This document shows positions 8,532 through 15,873 of a stretch of 64,000 nucleotides of DNA, piece by piece. The notes beneath the pieces were generated by a model, which saw nothing but the letters and a program-made list of their open reading frames with translations, made no database searches and was not told the origin of the DNA. This stretch comes from Clostridia bacterium (GTDB lineage Bacteria; Bacillota; Clostridia; Christensenellales; CAG-138), in assembly GCA_017509785.1 (NCBI GenBank), contig JAFWOT010000012.1:69476-133475 (forward strand), given 5' to 3'. Made by a program: the position numbers and the translations under genes. Each line of letters starts with the position of its first letter. Positions within the stretch are counted from its first letter, which is position 1.

Positions 8532-8783
8532 ACAGAAGGAAGGACAAGATTCGGATACGGGATTCTGGAGGAGCACCGGGGGCAGGGCTATGCCGCGGAA
8601 GCGGTGCAGGCGGCCTGCCGATGGGCTTTCCTGCACCCGGATGTAAGGTCCCTGGAAGCGGAAACGGACGCCGAGAACGCAGCGTTGCAGAGAGTCCTCG
8701 AAAAAAGCGGCTTTCGTCCCAACGGGACATTCGGAGAGGAAGGGCCTCGCTTTACGCTGGGCCGCCTTGATGTTGCAGAATGA
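8532..8783 (+). pseudogene. C-terminal fragment of a RimJ/RimL-type GNAT acetyltransferase (no start codon, N-terminal half missing)
   Basis: The frame opens right after the DUF3795 stop. It reads TEGRTRFGYGILEEHRGQGYAAEAVQAACRWAFLHPDVRSLEAETDAENAALQRVLEKSGFRPNGTFGEEGPRFTLGRLDVAE*. It is absent from the ORF track because it has no Met. Confidence 0.65.
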
Positions 8784-10168
8784 ACAAGATGAATGATATG
8801 AAAATGAACGGCAGCCTTACAGTCAACAAAATCCCATACCGCCTTCTTCGCCTGCTGGGGAAAGGCAAGGGCGGGTATTCCTATCTCGCAGAACGGAATG
8901 GGCAACAGGTGGTGGTCAAGCAGATCCATCACGAGCCCTGCGATTATTATGCCTTCGGCAACAAGATCGAGGCGGAATTGCGGGATTATGAGCGGCTGCA
9001 AAAAGCCGGCATCCGCATCCCTCGGATGCATGCCGTTGACAGAGACGCCGAGCGGATCGTCAAGGACTATATCGAGGGGCCGACTGTGATTGAGTTGGTA
9101 CGCTCCGGCGTATCGGTCGAGCCATATCTGCCCCAGGTGCGGGATATGGCGTATAAGGCCATGGCTGCAGGGCTGAATATCGACTATTACCCCACCAATT
9201 TTGTCCTGCATGATGGACTGCTTTGGTACGTGGATTATGAGTGCAACGACTACAGCGAGCAGTGGGACTTCGAACACTGGGGTATGCAGTACTGGCTGCC
9301 CAAGGTGAGCTTCCGCAGTTACCGGGACGAGGATTACGAGGCGGTTTGCGATTTTCTGATCGAATTGAATCAGAAGGACCGAACGCACATCAACTGGAAC
9401 TGGGCCCGCTTTGAATGGATGATGGAGCACCCGGAGTTTGACAAAAGCGCCGTCTCCTCCATCGGGCTCTGGCGGTCGGAGGGAAAGGTCGTCGGCGCGG
9501 CGATCTACGATATGTACTTTGGAGAAGCCTTCTGTGCCGCCCTGCCGGAGTATGAGGCGCTGTACCCGGAAATTCTGGACTACGCCTACCGGGAACTGAA
9601 GGACGGTACCGGGCTGGCTGTCGCGATCAATCAGGAAAACGCAGCAGAAATAAAGGCCGCTTTACAGGCAGGATTCGAGCGGATCGATCAGAAAGAGACG
9701 ATCATGGAGCTCTCCCTGGACAGAGATTTCTCATCAAAGCTTCCCGAGGGGCTGCAGCTTCGGGAGATGGATCAGATCGCGGATCGGGAAGCTCTTGAGT
9801 GGCTGTTCTGGCAGGGATTTGATCACGGGGACGACCGGGAAGCGTTTGAACGCTCGCTGGATCATGTTCCACATGTCCGAAGGCATTTCAACAAAGCCCT
9901 ATGCCTCTCCGCCGCGGACCCTTCCGGAGAGCCGGTATCGCACTGCTCCCTCTGGTTTCATTCAGATACGGACTACGCCTATGTGGAGCCGGTCTGCACG
10001 ATCCACGGTTACCGCGGGAAAGGGATCGCCGCCGCGCTCCTTTCGGAAGCTTTTTCACGCGCAAAAGCTTTAGGCGCAAAGAAAGCCTACGTGATCTCCG
10101 ATCTCCCGTTCTATGAGAAGCTCGGCTTTGAAAAAGCGCAGCAGTACTCGTTTTACCGGAAGGCATAA
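8780..10168 (+). CDS. Fusion protein: N-terminal RIO/Bud32-like small protein kinase fold plus C-terminal GNAT acetyltransferase region
   Basis: Kinase-like elements are LGKGKGGYSY (Gly loop), VVVKQ (Lys), DYIEGPTV (hinge), NIDYYPTNFV (catalytic loop) and YVDYE. The C-terminus GYRGKGIAAALLSEAFSRAKALGAKKAYV...FYEKLGF is GNAT motif A/B. Confidence 0.7.
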   Translation: MNKMNDMKMNGSLTVNKIPYRLLRLLGKGKGGYSYLAERNGQQVVVKQIHHEPCDYYAFGNKIEAELRDYERLQKAGIRIPRMHAVDRDAERIVKDYIEGPTVIELVRSGVSVEPYLPQVRDMAYKAMAAGLNIDYYPTNFVLHDGLLWYVDYECNDYSEQWDFEHWGMQYWLPKVSFRSYRDEDYEAVCDFLIELNQKDRTHINWNWARFEWMMEHPEFDKSAVSSIGLWRSEGKVVGAAIYDMYFGEAFCAALPEYEALYPEILDYAYRELKDGTGLAVAINQENAAEIKAALQAGFERIDQKETIMELSLDRDFSSKLPEGLQLREMDQIADREALEWLFWQGFDHGDDREAFERSLDHVPHVRRHFNKALCLSAADPSGEPVSHCSLWFHSDTDYAYVEPVCTIHGYRGKGIAAALLSEAFSRAKALGAKKAYVISDLPFYEKLGFEKAQQYSFYRKA

Positions 10169-10285
10169 AGGGCTCGGCCCGGCCTTCCTTCGGGATAGCA
10201 GCAGGACAGATCCGAGCAGGAAATGACAGGACGATTTCCGCTTTGAGAGATACAATGAACCCATCAAGGGACGGAGGACCAGCCG

Positions 10286-11179
10286 ATGGAGTGGCTTACC
10301 AGCATTCGTACAGCAATCCATTATATAGAAGAGCATCTGACCGACGACATCAGTGCGCAGGATGTGGCGGATCGGGTGTATCTTTCTCCGTTCTTTCTTC
10401 AGAAGGGATTCTCTCTGATGACCGGATACGGCATCGGAGAGTATATCAGGAACCGCAGGCTGTACCGGGCGGCGTTGGATCTGAAGGAGACGGATGATAA
10501 AGTGATCGACATTGCATTTCGGTACGGGTATGAAACACCGGAAAGCTTTACAAAGGCTTTCTCCCGGTTCCATGGCGCAACACCTTCACAGGTGCGCGGC
10601 GGAGCGGCAATCAACACATTCCTTCCCTTGACAATCAAACTATCCATTCAGGGAGGTAATCAGATGGACTATAAAATCACACCGATGTTCCCGTTTAAGG
10701 TTATCGGCTTTCAGAAAGAGTTTGACAATGAAACCGCATACGCTGAGATACCAAAGTACTGGGATGAGATCTGTGAAAAGTATGCTTACAGCGTGTATGC
10801 CGGAAATGCCCCGGCGAATCCCTATGAGCAGGCTCTGGTAGATAACTGCATCGGGGAATATGGCGTTTGTATCGATGACATTGGCGGAGGTAAGTTCCGC
10901 TATCTCGTTGCCGGTAAATACACGGGCGGCGATGTACCGGAAGGCATGGTTGTCTATGAGTTTCCCAGGAGCGACTGGGCGGTGTTCAACTGCATTGGTC
11001 CGATCCCGGATGCACTTCAGAGCGTGAACACGCGAATCTTCCGGGAGTGGCTTCCCGGCAATCCGGAGTATGAGCTTTGCGGTAATGCCAGCGTGGAGTG
11101 GTATGATTGTGTAAACGGAGAAAAAACAGATCCCGACTACCATAGCGCGATCTGGGTGCCGGTGAGGAGGAAAGAATAA
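10286..11179 (+). CDS. AraC-family transcriptional regulator with a GyrI-like effector-binding domain
   Basis: IDIAFRYGYETPESFTKAFSRFHGATPSQVR is the AraC HTH. The C-terminal 160 aa (DYKITPMFPFKVIGF...AIWVPV) has the GyrI-like/SOUL pattern. Confidence 0.88.
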   Translation: MEWLTSIRTAIHYIEEHLTDDISAQDVADRVYLSPFFLQKGFSLMTGYGIGEYIRNRRLYRAALDLKETDDKVIDIAFRYGYETPESFTKAFSRFHGATPSQVRGGAAINTFLPLTIKLSIQGGNQMDYKITPMFPFKVIGFQKEFDNETAYAEIPKYWDEICEKYAYSVYAGNAPANPYEQALVDNCIGEYGVCIDDIGGGKFRYLVAGKYTGGDVPEGMVVYEFPRSDWAVFNCIGPIPDALQSVNTRIFREWLPGNPEYELCGNASVEWYDCVNGEKTDPDYHSAIWVPVRRKE

Positions 11180-11241
11180 ACAGAAAATAATTACAGTACC
11201 AGCTTAAGCGAACTGATTCAATCGTTAAATTCATAAAGGAA

Positions 11242-11271
11242 ACACAGCGGGAAGATTGGCTCCCGCTGTGT
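11242..11271. terminator. Bidirectional intrinsic terminator
   Basis: ACACAGCGGGA (11242-11252), an 8-nt loop, TCCCGCTGTGT (11261-11271), then CCGTTTTA. It sits between the convergent AraC gene and the TnpV remnant. Confidence 0.65.
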
Positions 11272-11295
11272 CCGTTTTATACTTCTCATGGTTGG

Positions 11296-11538
11296 CTATT
11301 CAAAGTATTCCGCAAGCACGATTTCTTCCGCCGTGTTCCCGAAGGAATTGATTTCCTGTACCCACCGTAGTTGGTCACGGCACTTCAGATCCTCGTTGAC
11401 GCCGCTTTTCTTCGCCAATTCCAAAGTCAGATCCCAAATGCGTTCGCTGATGTACTCGTCCTGTGCTGGCAGGTATTCTTTCAGCGTTCCCTCGAACAGA
11501 AGGGAGGTGTACTTGTCCGGATCATGTTCCTTGAGCAT
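11296..11538 (-). CDS. TnpV-family (transposon-encoded) protein remnant. The original start at 11592 is cut off by an in-frame TGA.
   Basis: C-terminus LKCRDQLRWVQEINSFGNTAEEIVLAEY resembles the TnpV family block (LKA.DQM.WV..MN.I...AEEIV, from memory). Upstream in frame: RBS GGAGG, then ATG 11592, MNTNELGWI, TGA (11563-11565), RYGSKLLA, Met 11538. Confidence 0.6.
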   Translation of the reverse strand: MLKEHDPDKYTSLLFEGTLKEYLPAQDEYISERIWDLTLELAKKSGVNEDLKCRDQLRWVQEINSFGNTAEEIVLAEYFE

Positions 11539-11642
11539 GGCAAGCAGTTTACTGCCATAGCGTCAGATCCAACCCAATTCATTCGTGTTCATCTCTTTTT
11601 CCTCCGTTTTGGTTTTATTTCAGAAGCACTGAGATAAACAAC

Positions 11643-11682
11643 AAATCCGAACCCATCGCCAATCAGCTTCAGGTTCGGATTT
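11643..11682 (-). terminator. Intrinsic terminator downstream of tRNA-Asn
   Basis: AAATCCGAACC (11643-11653) pairs with GGTTCGGATTT (11672-11682). On the minus strand it is followed by GTTGTTT. Confidence 0.5.
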
Positions 11683-11690
11683 AGATTGAA

Positions 11691-11766
11691 TGGCTCCCCC
11701 TGTTGGACTCGAACCAACGACACTGCGGTTAACAGCCGCATGCTCTACCGACTGAGCTAAGGAGGA
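11691..11766 (-). tRNA. tRNA-Asn (anticodon GTT), CCA encoded
   Basis: The reverse complement reads TCCTCCTTAGCTCAGTCGGTAGAGCATGCGGCTGTTAACCGCAGTGTCGTTGGTTCGAGTCCAACAGGGGGAGCCA. It folds as a cloverleaf with a 7-bp acceptor stem, anticodon loop CTGTTAA and T-loop GGTTCGAGTCC. Confidence 0.95.
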
Positions 11767-11787
11767 ATGTTCTTTTCAACGCTTGCT

Positions 11788-11816
11788 ATTATACGACTGT
11801 ACGATGAAAAAAGCAA
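11788..11816 (-). promoter_or_regulatory. SigA-type promoter of tRNA-Asn
   Basis: On the minus strand: TTGCTT (11816-11811), 17 nt, TATAAT (11793-11788), about 20 nt upstream of the tRNA 5' end. Confidence 0.6.
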
Positions 11817-11856
11817 CCCCTTTTTTCAAATATATTGTACATTCGAAAACGCACTC

Positions 11857-11907
11857 ATGCGCGATTTTGCGCATATACTTGAATGCGCGTAAGAAATGGC
11901 TTATAAT
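11857..11907 (+). promoter_or_regulatory. SigA-type promoter of the CDF transporter gene with ATGCGC repeats (candidate metalloregulator operator)
   Basis: TTGAAT (11879-11884), 17 nt, TATAAT (11902-11907). Palindrome ATGCGC-n6-GCGCAT at 11857-11874, plus a third ATGCGCG at 11883-11889 inside the spacer. Confidence 0.6.
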
Positions 11908-12007
11908 TGACCTGCCGCTAAATTCTTCCTGTGCGGGAGAAAACGGCTCCTTCATTCAAAAACCTGCCGCGAATGAAGCGCTTCACGGCAAAAACGAGGT
12001 TGTCGAA

Positions 12008-13210
12008 ATGATCTCATTATTATCGAGGATATTCATCAAGCGGCGCGAAGAGTATTCGGATCCCGCGGTGCGCCGCTCCTACGGCGTGCTGTGCGGGGCT
12101 GTGGGTATCGCGCTCAACGTTCTGCTTTTTATCGGCAAATTCATCGTCGGGACAGCGGCGGCCTCCGTTTCGATAACGGCGGACGCATTCAACAACCTTT
12201 CCGACGCGGGCAGCTCCGTCGTCACCCTGATAGGGTTCCGGCTCGCGGGGCTGAAGCCGGATCCCGAGCATCCCTACGGACACGGCAGGATGGAGTACGT
12301 CTCCGGGCTGATCGTTGCGATGGTCATTATCCTCATGGGGTTCGAGCTGCTCATCTCCTCCATCGAGAGGATCGTCTCCCCCGAGGCGACGGAATTCTCA
12401 TGGACGGGCGTCGCGGTGCTTGCCGCATCCATACTGGTGAAGGCCTACATGTTCATCTATAACCGAGTCACCGCCCACAGGATAGATTCGGTTGCGATGA
12501 AGGCGACCGCGCTCGATTCCCTTACCGACTGCATAGCGACGCTCGCGGCGCTCGCGGCGCTGATCGCGGGCAGGTATCTCAACTGGCGCATTGACGGCTG
12601 GAGCGGTGCTTTCGTCTCGCTCTTCGTGATCTATTCCGGCTTTTCCGCCGCTAAGGAGACCATAAGCCCCCTGCTCGGTCAGCCGCCGGAAAGGGAGCTC
12701 GTCGATGATATAGAGCGCACGGTGACGGCACATGAGAACATCCTCGGCATACACGATCTCGTAGTCCATGATTACGGCCCCGGGCGCATGATGATGAGCC
12801 TGCACGCCGAGGTCCCCGCGGAGGGCGACGTGCTTGAGCTCCACGACCTGATCGACAATATCGAGCGCGAGCTCAAGGAGAAGTTCTCCTGTGAAGCGGT
12901 CGTTCACATGGATCCCGTCCGCACGCATGACGAGGTGACGGAAAGGCTTAAGCTTATGACGTGCGAGATACTTCGCTCGGTCTCGCCGGAGCTCCGGATG
13001 CATGATTTCAGAGTCGTGACCGGGCCGACCCACACGAACCTTTTATTCGACGTTGTGGTGCCTTTCGGTTTTAAGAAGAGCTTCGAGGAGATCTCCCGCG
13101 AGATCAATAAAAGGCTTGAAAGCGTTAACGACGGGAAGTTTTTTGCCGTTATCGATTTCGACCGCGAATTTGTGAAGAATGATGAAAGGGAGGGCGGGCG
13201 AACAAAATGA
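12008..13210 (+). CDS. Cation diffusion facilitator (CDF) family metal efflux transporter
   Basis: ITADAFNNLSDAGSSVVTLIGFRLAGLKPDPEHPYGHGRMEY plus a C-terminal cytoplasmic domain. ATG 12008 lies downstream of the promoter; the listed start 11783 would run through the promoter. Confidence 0.9.
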   Translation: MISLLSRIFIKRREEYSDPAVRRSYGVLCGAVGIALNVLLFIGKFIVGTAAASVSITADAFNNLSDAGSSVVTLIGFRLAGLKPDPEHPYGHGRMEYVSGLIVAMVIILMGFELLISSIERIVSPEATEFSWTGVAVLAASILVKAYMFIYNRVTAHRIDSVAMKATALDSLTDCIATLAALAALIAGRYLNWRIDGWSGAFVSLFVIYSGFSAAKETISPLLGQPPERELVDDIERTVTAHENILGIHDLVVHDYGPGRMMMSLHAEVPAEGDVLELHDLIDNIERELKEKFSCEAVVHMDPVRTHDEVTERLKLMTCEILRSVSPELRMHDFRVVTGPTHTNLLFDVVVPFGFKKSFEEISREINKRLESVNDGKFFAVIDFDREFVKNDEREGGRTK

Positions 13211-13455
13211 AGCATAAAGTCAGGCTGACGGTTCTTGAGAGCCGCTGCAGATGCGGCCTGCATGAGGCGGGGGAGGAGCACGTCGTGGATGACGTATGCC
13301 CGCCGATCTGTCACGAGCTGTGGAACGTCGTTTACCCGATGACGTACGTCCTCGGCAATGGAGGAGAGCTCGATTCGGGAGATGGGCGCGCAGCGTCTTT
13401 TACCTCGCGCTGTCCGGACAGAGGGCGTGTTGTCATAAAAGGCGAGCGCCTGTAA
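13207..13455 (+). CDS. Small Cys-rich protein (TIGR04076-like), translationally coupled to the CDF gene
   Basis: ATGA start/stop overlap at 13207-13210. 82 aa with CRCG...CPPICHELW. The family call is from memory. Confidence 0.6.
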   Translation: MKHKVRLTVLESRCRCGLHEAGEEHVVDDVCPPICHELWNVVYPMTYVLGNGGELDSGDGRAASFTSRCPDRGRVVIKGERL

Positions 13456-13468
13456 ATACGCATATTTT

Positions 13469-13496
13469 AAAGGGCAGCCCGTGCGGGCTGCCCTTT
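13469..13496. terminator. Bidirectional intrinsic terminator
   Basis: AAAGGGCAGCCC, loop GTGC, GGGCTGCCCTTT: a perfect 12-bp stem with A/T runs on both sides, between convergent genes. Confidence 0.85.
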
Positions 13497-13519
13497 CGGG
13501 TTTGCAAAAACGGTGAAGA

Positions 13520-15595
13520 TCACTCTTCCTCGTCCTCGTCCTTCTTGGCGTTCTCGATGATCTTCTGGGCGATGTTTGCAGGGACGTCCTCATAGCGGAC
13601 GAACTCGCTGCGGAAGGAACCGCGGCCCTGAGTCATGGAGCGGAGGTCGGTGGCATACTTGAACATCTCGGAGAGCGGAGCCTCGGCGATGATCTCGGTG
13701 TTGCCGTCGGAAAGAGGATTGGAGCCGATGAGACGGCCGCGGCGGCGGCTGATATCGCCCATTATATCGCCCATGTAATCCATGGGGACCTGAATGTCAT
13801 AGCGATAGATCGGCTCGATGAGAACGGGGCTCGCCTTCGCGCAGGCAGCCTTATAGGAAAGACGTGCCGCGGACTTGAAGGCGACTTCCTTCGAATCGAC
13901 GGGATGGTACTTGCCGTCATACAGGGTGGCCTTGACGCCGATCATGGGATAGCCGGCAAGGACGCCCTTCTTCATGGCCTCAACAAGGCCCTTCTCAACG
14001 GCGGGGATGAACTGGTTGGGGACTACGCCGCCGACGATAGCGTCGACGAACTCGAAGTCGCCGTCATCCTTCGGCTCGAACTTGATCTGAACAACGCCGA
14101 ACTGACCTGCGCCGCCGGACTGCTTCTTATGCTTGCCTTCGGCGGAGGCGGTGGAGCGGATGGTCTCACGGTAGGGGATGCGCGGATCGGAGAGAGCCGC
14201 CTCTACCTTGAACTTATTGCGGAGCTTCGCGCAGATGACGTCGATATGCATCTCGCCCAGGCCGCAGATGAGCACGTCGCCGGTCTCGGCGTTGCGCTCG
14301 ATACGCATGGTGGGATCCTCCTCGGTGAGCCTGTTGAGGCCGGCGAAGACCTTATCCTCTTCGCCGTTCTTCTTCGCGGTGACGGCGAGGCTGATGCAGG
14401 GCAGGGGGAAGTCGATCGGATCGAACTTCACGGGCTCGGCGGCGTCGGTGAGGGTGTCGCCCGTCGCGGTGAACTGGAGCTTCGCCATCGCGCCGATATC
14501 GCCTTCGACAACGGCGTCAACGGGGATGGTCTTGCTGCCGCGCATCATGAACACGTTGCCGCTTTTCTCGCTCTTCTCGGCATTCGCGTTGTAGGGGGAG
14601 ACTTCGGCGGAGATGGAGCCGCTGTAGACCTTGAATATGGAGATCTTGCCGACGAAGGGGTCGGCGACGGTCTTCATGACCTGAGCGGCGAGCTTGCCGC
14701 CCATCTTGACCTCGCAGGGCTCGCCGGTCTTCGCGTTGACCGCGGGACGGGCCTTGCACATATTGGCGGTGGGCATGAGCTTGACGATGTTGTCCATGAG
14801 CGTCGTCACGCCGATATTGGGAGCGGCGCAGCAGCAGGCAACGGGGGTGAGGATGCCGGAGAGCACGCCGATGTTGATGCCCTTTACGAGCTCGTCATGG
14901 GAGAGCTCCATGGTATCGAGGTAGGTCATCATGAGGTCCTCGTCGGTCTCCGCCGCTGCCTCCATGAGGGACTCGCGGAGCTTCTCGGCCTCGGCCTGAA
15001 GATTGCCGGGAACGGGAACTTCCTTCTCGCCCTTGCCGTCGAACATCTTCGCGGTCATGTTGATGAGATCGACGTAGCCGACGAAGGCGCCCTTCTCGAC
15101 GATGGGGAGCTGGATGGGAACGACGGAGATGCCGAACTTACCGGTGATGGCTTCCATCGTCTTCTCGAAGTTGGCGTTTTCCTTATCCATCTGGTTGATG
15201 ACGAGCATGCGGGGCATCTCAGCCTTATTGCACATGCTCATAGCCTTCTCGGTGCCTACGACGGGACCGGAAACGGCGCTGCAGAGGATGATGGCGGAGT
15301 CGGCAAGGGCCATAGCCTCGTGGACTTCACCGTAGAAATCAAAGAAGCCGGGGGCGTCTATAAGATTGACTTTGGTGTCCTTCCACTCGAAGGGAGCAAG
15401 AGCGGTGGAAATGGAGATATGCCTCTTGGTCTCCTCGACGTCATAGTCGGTGGTGGTTGTGCCGTCCTCAACGCGGCCCATACGGTCAAGCAGACCGGCG
15501 TTAAAGAGCATAGCCTCGGTGAGGGTGGTCTTGCCTTCGCCGCCGTGACCCAGGACACAGACGTTGCGAATGCTTTCTGCAGTGTAGTTCTTCAT
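13520..15595 (-). CDS. Elongation factor G paralog (divergent EF-G-II-like translational GTPase)
   Basis: 691 aa with five-domain EF-G length. It has GHGGEGKTT (P-loop), DAPGFFDF (G3) and NQMD (G4). It is not in an rpsL-rpsG-fusA-tuf context. Confidence 0.88.
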   Translation of the reverse strand: MKNYTAESIRNVCVLGHGGEGKTTLTEAMLFNAGLLDRMGRVEDGTTTTDYDVEETKRHISISTALAPFEWKDTKVNLIDAPGFFDFYGEVHEAMALADSAIILCSAVSGPVVGTEKAMSMCNKAEMPRMLVINQMDKENANFEKTMEAITGKFGISVVPIQLPIVEKGAFVGYVDLINMTAKMFDGKGEKEVPVPGNLQAEAEKLRESLMEAAAETDEDLMMTYLDTMELSHDELVKGINIGVLSGILTPVACCCAAPNIGVTTLMDNIVKLMPTANMCKARPAVNAKTGEPCEVKMGGKLAAQVMKTVADPFVGKISIFKVYSGSISAEVSPYNANAEKSEKSGNVFMMRGSKTIPVDAVVEGDIGAMAKLQFTATGDTLTDAAEPVKFDPIDFPLPCISLAVTAKKNGEEDKVFAGLNRLTEEDPTMRIERNAETGDVLICGLGEMHIDVICAKLRNKFKVEAALSDPRIPYRETIRSTASAEGKHKKQSGGAGQFGVVQIKFEPKDDGDFEFVDAIVGGVVPNQFIPAVEKGLVEAMKKGVLAGYPMIGVKATLYDGKYHPVDSKEVAFKSAARLSYKAACAKASPVLIEPIYRYDIQVPMDYMGDIMGDISRRRGRLIGSNPLSDGNTEIIAEAPLSEMFKYATDLRSMTQGRGSFRSEFVRYEDVPANIAQKIIENAKKDEDEEE

Positions 15596-15812
15596 AATTC
15601 GGTATTATCCCCCTAACGGTTATAGTTTTCAATCTGGGCGCATAATCACACCAAATAATATGATATCATAATTGAAGGGCGGTGTAAAGTGCGAATTTCC
15701 GCTTTGCACCGAAAAAATCTGATATATTTTGCTCCATCGGCGGGCCGTGACCCGGCGAAAAGGCTCCGCCGGCGCGGCGCCGCGTGAGGCCCGCGAATAC
15801 GCCGGATGGGTA

Positions 15813-15841
15813 TTTTATTTTGCGCCGACATGTGGTATAAT
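15813..15841 (+). promoter_or_regulatory. Candidate extended -10 promoter of pyrH
   Basis: TGG-TATAAT (15833-15841) with a weak -35 TTTTAT (15813-15818), 32 nt upstream of ATG 15874. Confidence 0.4.
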
Positions 15842-15873
15842 GGCCGAAGCAACGAAACCACGGGGAGGTCATT

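Noticed and set aside
7748-11565. Stop-codon reassignment (TAG or TGA read as sense) as an explanation for the in-frame stops at 7748 and 11563
   Set aside because: Dozens of well-conserved genes in this window terminate at TGA or TAG exactly where homologs end (for example frr, dxr, ispG and DnaD). The standard code applies, so the two in-frame stops are best read as nonsense mutations.
11783-12007. N-terminal extensions of listed ORFs: CDF 11783, TetR 2424, Ldt 42181, spoVT 28930, VOC 6979, ylxM 62958, pda 55266, ftsY 57187
   Set aside because: In each case the extension runs through a readable promoter or an upstream gene. An internal ATG with a proper RBS gives the canonical N-terminus of the family.
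13904-15616. 570-aa ORF on the plus strand, antisense to the EF-G paralog
   Set aside because: It lies entirely opposite a gene with unmistakable EF-G motifs. Its product is low-complexity (G/A/L/D/H/E-rich) with no motifs and no RBS. This is the typical stop-codon-poor antisense frame of high-GC coding DNA.
15681-15710. 11-bp hairpin GGTGTAAAGTG...CGCTTTGCACC with two G-U pairs (plus-strand specific) in the EF-G/pyrH divergent region
   Set aside because: It lies upstream of the only plausible pyrH promoter and is followed by an A-run rather than a U-run. I could not assign it to any transcript, and there is no riboswitch-like conserved core that I recognise.
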